From NCBI GenBank assembly GCA_964641245.1, contig CAZXML010000006.1, forward strand, positions 1 through 60,354: a stretch of 60,354 nt of DNA. Direction: 5' to 3'. The notes beneath the pieces are model-generated. The model was not told the origin of the DNA, did not search any database, and saw only the letters and a program-made list of their open reading frames with translations. Source of the DNA: an uncultured Gammaproteobacteria bacterium. Lineage in GTDB: Bacteria; Patescibacteriota; Patescibacteriia; Magasanikbacterales; GWA2-37-8. How positions within the stretch are numbered: position 1 is the stretch's first letter; every line of letters begins with the position of its first letter. The position numbers were made by a program, and so were the translations under genes. Below are positions 52,310-57,286 of this stretch, one piece after another.

Positions 52310-52834
52310 ATGCGTAAAATACTTTTTACAACCATAATAATGTTAGCATTGTCAACACCGTTTTTTGTCTCGGCCCAGGCGCCATGCCCACCAGGCAAAT
52401 CCGGTCTACAATGTGCTGGCACGATTTTGGATCAATCCGCAAACACCAGCAAAACCGGACTCTCGGCCGATTTGGGAGACACCGTCGCCACAGTAATAAA
52501 AGCCGTATTGGCTCTGGTTGGCACCATATTTTTAATCCTCACTATTTACGCCGGAATTTTATGGATGACAGCCCAAGGAAACGAAGAACAAGTTACCAAG
52601 GCCGTGGGCATAATTAAAGCTTCAGTTATTGGTTTGATTATTATTATGTCCGCTTACGCCATTACTTTCTTTGTAACCAGTAAGTTGACGGGAGCGACCG
52701 GCACATCAAGCCAAAATACTCCTAACTCAAATCAACTCGGTTGTTGTTATACCGCTTCAACCGATCAGTTTACTTCGCGCCTAGAATCAGATTGCCAAGG
52801 CGCTCAAGAGACATGGGGCGCCGAGCCATGTTAA
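52310..52834 (+). CDS. VirB2/TrbC-like protein, paralog 6, with a Cys-containing C-terminal tail.
   Basis: The signal peptide ends in VSAQA. The core is YAGILWMTAQGNEEQVTKAVGIIKASVIGLIIIMSAY. The tail is ...QLGCCYTASTDQFTSRLESDCQGAQETWGAEPC. Confidence 0.65.
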   Translation: MRKILFTTIIMLALSTPFFVSAQAPCPPGKSGLQCAGTILDQSANTSKTGLSADLGDTVATVIKAVLALVGTIFLILTIYAGILWMTAQGNEEQVTKAVGIIKASVIGLIIIMSAYAITFFVTSKLTGATGTSSQNTPNSNQLGCCYTASTDQFTSRLESDCQGAQETWGAEPC

Positions 52835-52840
52835 AATTAT

Positions 52841-53209
52841 ATGAAAAAATATTTTCTCATTTCTCTGTTAGCGTTTAATCTGTTGCTCGTTCCGGCGGCA
52901 AATGTTTACGCGCAAACAGATCTTTCTCAAGACATTGCCCAAAAGAGCGGTTATGGTCCGGTTACCGGCTCTAGCCTTTCGGAAACCATTGGCAAAATTA
53001 TAAAAATAATCTTGGGATTTTTAGGAACTATATTTTTAGCGTTAACCGTTTACGCGGGCGTGTTATGGATGACGGCGGCGGGAAACGAAGAACAAGTCAC
53101 AAAGTCATTGGGAATTTTAAAAACAGCCGTAATCGGGCTGATTATCATAATCGCCGCTTATAGTATTACCTATTTTGTAATGCTTAATGCCTTCGCCCTC
53201 ACAGCCTAG
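52841..53209 (+). CDS. VirB2/TrbC-like protein, paralog 7.
   Basis: The signal peptide ends in VYAQ. The core is YAGVLWMTAAGNEEQVTKSLGILKTAVIGLIIIIAAY. Confidence 0.65.
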   Translation: MKKYFLISLLAFNLLLVPAANVYAQTDLSQDIAQKSGYGPVTGSSLSETIGKIIKIILGFLGTIFLALTVYAGVLWMTAAGNEEQVTKSLGILKTAVIGLIIIIAAYSITYFVMLNAFALTA

Positions 53210-53215
53210 TGGGCA

Positions 53216-53302
53216 TCTCTCCCCTTTTAGGGGAGAGACAGAGAGAGGGGTATGCGGTGAACGACAATACCCCCACCCTGCCCTCCCCCTAAAAGGGGGA
53301 GG
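53216..53302. repeat. Cluster of three G/C-homopolymer-rich hairpins between paralogs 7 and 8.
   Basis: TCTCTCCCC-tttta-GGGGAGAGA (53216-53238), GGGGTAT...ATACCCC (53247-53273), and CCTCCCCC-taaaa-GGGGGAGG (53282-53302). Confidence 0.7.
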
Positions 53303-53330
53303 AGAAACAAAAAGTGAATTAAATTTTTTT

Positions 53331-53810
53331 ATGAAAAAAATAACCTTTTTTATATTCTGTCTCGTTTCTTTATTATTTATTTTGCATTCTTCATTCGCGC
53401 TCGCCGCGACCCCTTCTGAAGAAGCCCTGGAACAGTTAAATGCGGCTGCTGGAGCAGGCGGAGCAAATATTGCCGGCTCCGGGCCAATGGATCCGCGCAT
53501 TATTGTGGCCATAATCATCCGGTCGCTCTTGCAGCTTATTGGTATAGTTTTTGTTGCGCTGACTGTTTATGCCGGCTTTTTGTGGATGACGGCTGGCGGA
53601 GAAGAAGAAAAAACAAGCAAAGCAAAAAAATTATTATCCAATGGGGTGATTGGCTTGGCTATAATTTTATCCGCTTACACTATTTCGTATTTTATTTTCC
53701 GGTCACTTTTGGGCGCTACCGCCAGCAATGGCAACCCCTTTGGTTATGGAAGTACTTCTAATATTACTAATTATGGCCCTAATGCCAATGATTATAATTA
53801 TTACAAGTAG
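53331..53810 (+). CDS. VirB2/TrbC-like protein, paralog 8, with an Asn/Tyr/Gly-rich C-terminal tail.
   Basis: The start is moved to MKKITFFIF (ATG 53331), because the track ORF start at 53187 reads through hairpin repeats. The core is YAGFLWMTAGGEEEKTSKAKKLLSNGVIGLAIILSAY. Confidence 0.65.
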   Translation: MKKITFFIFCLVSLLFILHSSFALAATPSEEALEQLNAAAGAGGANIAGSGPMDPRIIVAIIIRSLLQLIGIVFVALTVYAGFLWMTAGGEEEKTSKAKKLLSNGVIGLAIILSAYTISYFIFRSLLGATASNGNPFGYGSTSNITNYGPNANDYNYYK

Positions 53811-53815
53811 AAGGT

Positions 53816-54940
53816 TTATATTTTTGGCGTAAAAATATTTTTCAATATAATCTCGCCAGCATTTGGGTGAGATTTTTTTTGAATGAGAGTTGGATTTGAA
53901 AGTAGGGTTTGGATTTTTTTGGCCAGATCATCGCTTGAATTCGCTCTTAAGCCGTAATGATTTTTTTCCAGATACGTCGCGTTGTAATCTTCCTGTCCTG
54001 GGATAGGATTTATAATTATAATAGGCTTTTGCAAAAACATAACCTCGGAAACGGTTAGTCCGCCCGCCTTGCCAACTATTACATCCGCAATCCGCATCCA
54101 TTCGTCTATATTATCGGCATTTTTTAAAATAGTAAAATTCCTTTGTCCGGCATCCTTTATATCTTCCAAATCCTTAAAAAGTTCTTGATTAGTATTGCCT
54201 GAAATAGCCACCACATTCACATTCTTATTTTGAGAAAAAATTGCCGGTACCGCGTCTTTGGCGCTGATTTTACCGCTGGAGATGGGCATGATTAAAATTG
54301 TTGGCCAGTCATTATTTATATTCAGTTTCCTTTTTAATTCAGCAGTATTTTTGACGGCAAAAAAACTGGCGTGAAGAGGCAAACCGCTGGCGATGCTTTT
54401 TATGCCTTTTTTTTCCAGTTCAATTTTTGTTTCTTCGCTGGCGACAAAAAAATTGCGTACACAAGGGGCCAGCCAGATTTGATGAGCGTGATAATCGGTA
54501 ATTACCGTGTCCAGAGGTATAGAAAAATTTTTAGGGAATAAGAGTTGAGGAGAAAACTGGGTGGAAACTATATAATCCGGCCGGAATTCCTCTATTTTTT
54601 TTAAAAATTTCCTCGCGCCTAATTTAAAAAACGGTCTAAGACCTATCAATATTTTCTGTGTGAAAGGTTTGTCGGTTAAGTGGTAGATAAATTTATAAGT
54701 TCTGGGGATGTGGTTGATGAATGTGTTGTAGGATGAAACCGAAAAAGCGCGGGCAAACCCGGAAAGATAATCCGCCAAATCTATATGAAGCACCTGAACA
54801 TCGGGGTATAGTTTTTGAGAAGCTAAACGCAATGCCTCGGCCGCGCGGAAATGTCCGGAGCCGGTGGAGCACGAAACAATAAGAAGTTTTTTCCCGCCAA
54901 AGCGGGATCCCGCCTCATGGCGGTGATAAATGTTGGACAT
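53816..54940 (-). CDS. GT28-family glycosyltransferase (MGDG-synthase / diacylglycerol glycosyltransferase-like).
   Basis: KKLLIVSCSTGSGHFRAAEAL N-terminal motif and C-terminal GKAGGLTVSEVMFLQKPIIIINPIPGQE. The start is moved to ATG 54940, because the 54985 start overlaps tRNA-His. Confidence 0.65.
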   Translation of the reverse strand: MSNIYHRHEAGSRFGGKKLLIVSCSTGSGHFRAAEALRLASQKLYPDVQVLHIDLADYLSGFARAFSVSSYNTFINHIPRTYKFIYHLTDKPFTQKILIGLRPFFKLGARKFLKKIEEFRPDYIVSTQFSPQLLFPKNFSIPLDTVITDYHAHQIWLAPCVRNFFVASEETKIELEKKGIKSIASGLPLHASFFAVKNTAELKRKLNINNDWPTILIMPISSGKISAKDAVPAIFSQNKNVNVVAISGNTNQELFKDLEDIKDAGQRNFTILKNADNIDEWMRIADVIVGKAGGLTVSEVMFLQKPIIIINPIPGQEDYNATYLEKNHYGLRANSSDDLAKKIQTLLSNPTLIQKKSHPNAGEIILKNIFTPKI

Positions 54941-54943
54941 ATT

Positions 54944-55019
54944 TGGGGTGCCTAATGGGAGTCGAACCCATGTTGCGAGATCCACAATCTCACGTAATAA
55001 CCGTTATACCATAGGCACC
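54944..55019 (-). tRNA. tRNA-His (anticodon GTG) with encoded G-1 and CCA.
   Basis: Minus strand: G-GTGCCTA...TGAGA-TTGTGGA-TCTCG...ATGGG-TTCGACT-CCCAT-TAGGCAC-C-CCA. Confidence 0.85.
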
Positions 55020-55036
55020 ATATCGACGACGTCCTG

Positions 55037-55108
55037 TGTTCCCAGTAGGAATCGAACCTACACATCCAGCTTAGAAGGCTAGTGTCCTATCCATTAAACG
55101 ATGGGAAC
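55037..55108 (-). tRNA. tRNA-Arg (anticodon TCT).
   Basis: Minus strand: acceptor GTTCCCA/TGGGAAC. Anticodon arm is CTAGC-CTTCTAA-GCTGG. T arm is GTAGG-TTCGATT-CCTAC. Discriminator is A. Confidence 0.85.
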
Positions 55109-55357
55109 ATTGCTATTTTTTGAATTAATCAATCGTTCAATTGCCTTTCTGCTTTTCCATTTTTTAATTTGGTATTCTCTACTTTGTGCATCGGAGCGAT
55201 TTTGATATGGCTCTGTATATACTAACATACACGGCAATTTACTTTTCGTCGAGAAAACCCTGCCTCGGTCATGGTCGGCTTTCCGGCTAACCAGGTCGCT
55301 CGTGCTTCCAATGTAGTATGAACCATCGCTTAACTTGATGATGTATACGTGGTACAT
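55094..55357 (-). CDS. Small GIY-YIG nuclease (UPF0213/YhbQ-like). Its last 5 codons and stop codon lie inside tRNA-Arg.
   Basis: MYHVYIIKLSDGSYYIGSTSDLVSRKADH...REYQIKKW carries the GIY-(10)-YIG motif, the Arg, and the Glu. The start is moved to ATG 55357, because the upstream part of the track ORF reads through a palindromic repeat. Confidence 0.7.
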   Translation of the reverse strand: MYHVYIIKLSDGSYYIGSTSDLVSRKADHDRGRVFSTKSKLPCMLVYTEPYQNRSDAQSREYQIKKWKSRKAIERLINSKNSNVPIV

Positions 55358-55373
55358 ATGGAAGAGTAGTGTC

Positions 55374-55436
55374 TCCCGACTTTGCCTTTGGCGGCAAAGT
55401 CGCGGATCCTCGATTTTGCTCGAAGCAAAATCGGGA
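55374..55436. repeat. TCCCGA...TCGGGA nested palindromic element, related to the inner hairpins of 17810 and 46961.
   Basis: tcccgaC-TTTGCC-tttggc-GGCAAAG-tcgcggatcctcga-TTTTGCT-cgaa-GCAAAA-tcggga. Confidence 0.75.
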
Positions 55437-55458
55437 CTATCCATTAAACGATGGAGAC
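55437..55458 (-). pseudogene. Orphan duplicate of the 5' acceptor/D-arm segment of tRNA-Arg(TCT).
   Basis: ctatccattaaacgatggagac matches 55087-55108 (ctatccattaaacgatgggaac) at 20 of 22 positions. Confidence 0.7.
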
Positions 55459-55547
55459 CCGAGACTTTTGACTCGTTCGCTATCATATACTATTTTTACA
55501 GATTAATCAAGGTGTGGTATCATATGGGGTAGTTTATCATAATTTGT

Positions 55548-55895
55548 ATGTATAGAAGAATTTTTATATTTCTGGTTTTTACTCTAATAATTCTTGGTCC
55601 TGCTCGTCCGGCATTGGCTCAATTTGGCTTAGATAAAAGCGGCCCAACGGCGGGTTATGGAGAGACTAATATTTATTCCACCATTAGCACTGTCATCAGC
55701 GTTGTACTATCCGTTGCCGGTTTGGTTTTTTTGGCTATTATGTTTTATGCCGGCCTGCGCTGGATGACTGCCCGCGGCAATGAAGAATTTATCTCCAAGG
55801 CAAAAGGAGCTATGTTTGGAGCGCTGATCGGGTTCATTTTAGTCACAATTTCTTATGGCGCTTCCGCCTTTATTTTCAGCAAGTTGATTAATTAA
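55548..55895 (+). CDS. VirB2/TrbC-like protein, paralog 9.
   Basis: The signal peptide ends in ALAQ. The core is YAGLRWMTARGNEEFISKAKGAMFGALIGFILVTISY. Confidence 0.65.
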   Translation: MYRRIFIFLVFTLIILGPARPALAQFGLDKSGPTAGYGETNIYSTISTVISVVLSVAGLVFLAIMFYAGLRWMTARGNEEFISKAKGAMFGALIGFILVTISYGASAFIFSKLIN

Positions 55896-55896
55896 T

Positions 55897-55998
55897 TTGT
55901 CATTGCGAGGAGGTCTTGGCGACCGACGAAGCAATCCCAAAGTACTGGTTGGTACTAACAATGGGATTGCCACGTCGCTACGGCTCCTCGCAATGACA
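55897..55998. repeat. TTGTCAT...ATGACA element, TTGCGAG / AATCCCA subtype.
   Basis: ttgtcattgcgagg...gaagcaatccca-aagtactggttggtactaaca-atgggattgc...cctcgcaatgaca. Confidence 0.85.
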
Positions 55999-56005
55999 CG
56001 CCAAC

Positions 56006-56034
56006 TTGACATTTTTGGGGTTTTGGGCTATAGT
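56006..56034 (+). promoter_or_regulatory. Sigma70-type promoter of rpsO.
   Basis: TTGACA (56006-56011), a 17-nt spacer, then TATAGT (56029-56034). An 84-nt leader follows before ATG 56119. Confidence 0.6.
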
Positions 56035-56118
56035 TATCTTGTTATTAAACACATCCGCCTAGGCGGAGCGGACTGCCTGGAAACATACTCCTGGGTCAGC
56101 TCGTTAAACATATTTCGT

Positions 56119-56487
56119 ATGTTAGAGAAAAAGAAAAAGCAGGCGATTATCAAAAAGTTCCAGACACACGCCGGCGACACCGGTTCAAACGAGGTCCAGA
56201 TTGCCATCCTGGCAGCGGAAATAGACGAACTGGCCGAGCACTTAAAAAGCCATCACAAAGATCACTCATCCCGCCGCGGTTTACTGCGCAAGGTAAGCAG
56301 CCGCCGGAACTTAATGCGTTATTTAAAGAAAGAAGATCCGGAAAGTTACGAACAATTAGTCAAAAAATTAAAAATTAAACCAGCTAAACTCATCACTAAA
56401 CCGGACGGTTCCACCGCAGAAATAGAAGAAGAATTGGCTGAAGAAATAGAATTAATCGGACAAAAACATGATTCCGCAAATCAATAA
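56119..56487 (+). CDS. rpsO: 30S ribosomal protein S15 with a ~35-aa C-terminal extension.
   Basis: MLEKKKKQAIIKKFQTHAGDTGSNEVQIAILAAEIDELAEHLKSHHKDHSSRRGLLRKVSSRRNLMRYL. The start is moved from 55897 (inside the repeat) to ATG 56119. Confidence 0.9.
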   Translation: MLEKKKKQAIIKKFQTHAGDTGSNEVQIAILAAEIDELAEHLKSHHKDHSSRRGLLRKVSSRRNLMRYLKKEDPESYEQLVKKLKIKPAKLITKPDGSTAEIEEELAEEIELIGQKHDSANQ

Positions 56488-57043
56488 AAAAAGAAACACA
56501 CTTAAACACCCCGACCAAAGAGTAGGGGTGTTTATTGATGTGCAAAATATGTACTACAGCGCCAAAAATTTATTTGGCGCCAAAGTAAATTTTGGCAACA
56601 TCGTCAAAGAAGCCACCGCCGGCCGAAAACTTATCCGCGCTATCGCTTATGTGGTCAGCACCGAAGGCAAAGAAGAACAGCCGTTTTTTGACGCCTTATA
56701 TAATGTAGGCATAGAAACCAAAGACAAACCATTGCAAATATTCTTGGGCGGAGAAAAAAAAGCCGACTGGGATGTTGGTTTGGCCGTAGACGCCATCCGT
56801 TTTTCTCCCAGTTTAGATGCTATAATTTTGGTAAGCGGCGATGGCGACTATATTCCTTTGGTAGATTACTTAAGAAGCCAGGGCAAGCAGGTAGAAGTTA
56901 TGGCTTTTGGCGGAACGACCTCCGGAAAGTTAATAGACGCGTCCGATGATTTTATAGATTTAAGCCAGGACAAAGCCAAGTTTTTGATAGCAGACAAAAG
57001 ATACACCGCCAAGAGACCAGGGTATCCACCGAAGAAAGTATAA
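56468..57043 (+). CDS. NYN-domain (LabA/DUF88-like) putative ribonuclease.
   Basis: VGVFIDVQNMYYS ... ILVSGDGDYIPLVDYLRSQGKQVEVMAF, the acidic NYN catalytic pattern. It overlaps the rpsO 3' end by 20 nt. Confidence 0.7.
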   Translation: MIPQINKKRNTLKHPDQRVGVFIDVQNMYYSAKNLFGAKVNFGNIVKEATAGRKLIRAIAYVVSTEGKEEQPFFDALYNVGIETKDKPLQIFLGGEKKADWDVGLAVDAIRFSPSLDAIILVSGDGDYIPLVDYLRSQGKQVEVMAFGGTTSGKLIDASDDFIDLSQDKAKFLIADKRYTAKRPGYPPKKV

Positions 57044-57053
57044 CAAACAATCA

Positions 57054-57133
57054 TTGTCATTCTGAGCAAAGCGAAGAATCTCTGTCCGTTCGGCGATTGA
57101 GACAGAGATCCTTCATTGCATTCAGGATGACAA
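57054..57133. repeat. TTGTCAT...ATGACAA element, ATCTCTGTC/GACAGAGAT subtype. Its loop and right arm are nearly identical to the copy at 49428.
   Basis: ttgtcattctgagcaaagcgaagaatctctgtc-cgttcggcgattga-gacagagatccttcattgcattcaggatgacaa. Confidence 0.9.
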
Positions 57134-57216
57134 AAAAACAAATCAGTAATTAATTAAAAGAAGTTGGTTTGAGGACAAATAGACCGTAATTGGTCTGTAG
57201 CTCTCAAATCATCTTC

Positions 57217-57249
57217 AGCCCGCCTTCGCTAAAGCTTCGGCCGGGCAAG
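57217..57249 (+). repeat. Copy C of the 31-nt CCTTCGCTAAAGCTTCGGCnnGGCAAG motif, in the pnp leader.
   Basis: agcccgccttcgctaaagcttcggccgggcaag. Confidence 0.7.
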
Positions 57250-57286
57250 AAAGTCCCAAGGGGGATACCTTTGGGAAACATATAGT

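Noticed and set aside
53187-53330. The N-terminal 48 aa of the track ORF 53187..53810 (MPSPSQPSGHLSPFRGETERGV...PLKGGGE) as a real extension. Similar extensions occur at 55897, 22741..23541, 17857 and 55486.
   Set aside because: These segments are translations of hairpin repeats, and the same peptide words recur wherever the repeats occur. Each is followed by an internal ATG with a proper signal peptide or conserved N-terminus, so I trimmed the starts.
55371-55459. A functional second tRNA-Arg (anticodon TCG), because the minus strand shows GTCTCC...GGAGAC acceptor-like ends and a CTTCGAG loop.
   Set aside because: The supposed anticodon stem extends to 10 bp with a 4-nt loop in its best fold. 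There is no GTTCRANYC T-loop and the D-stem does not close. The interior matches the TCCCGA...TCGGGA palindromic repeat family. I kept only the 22-nt tRNA 5' duplicate as real.
9552-57133. A CRISPR array formed by the recurring TTGTCAT...ATGACAA sequences.
   Set aside because: The copies are kilobases apart, irregularly spaced, individually palindromic, of several subtypes, and separated by ordinary genes. There are no cas genes.
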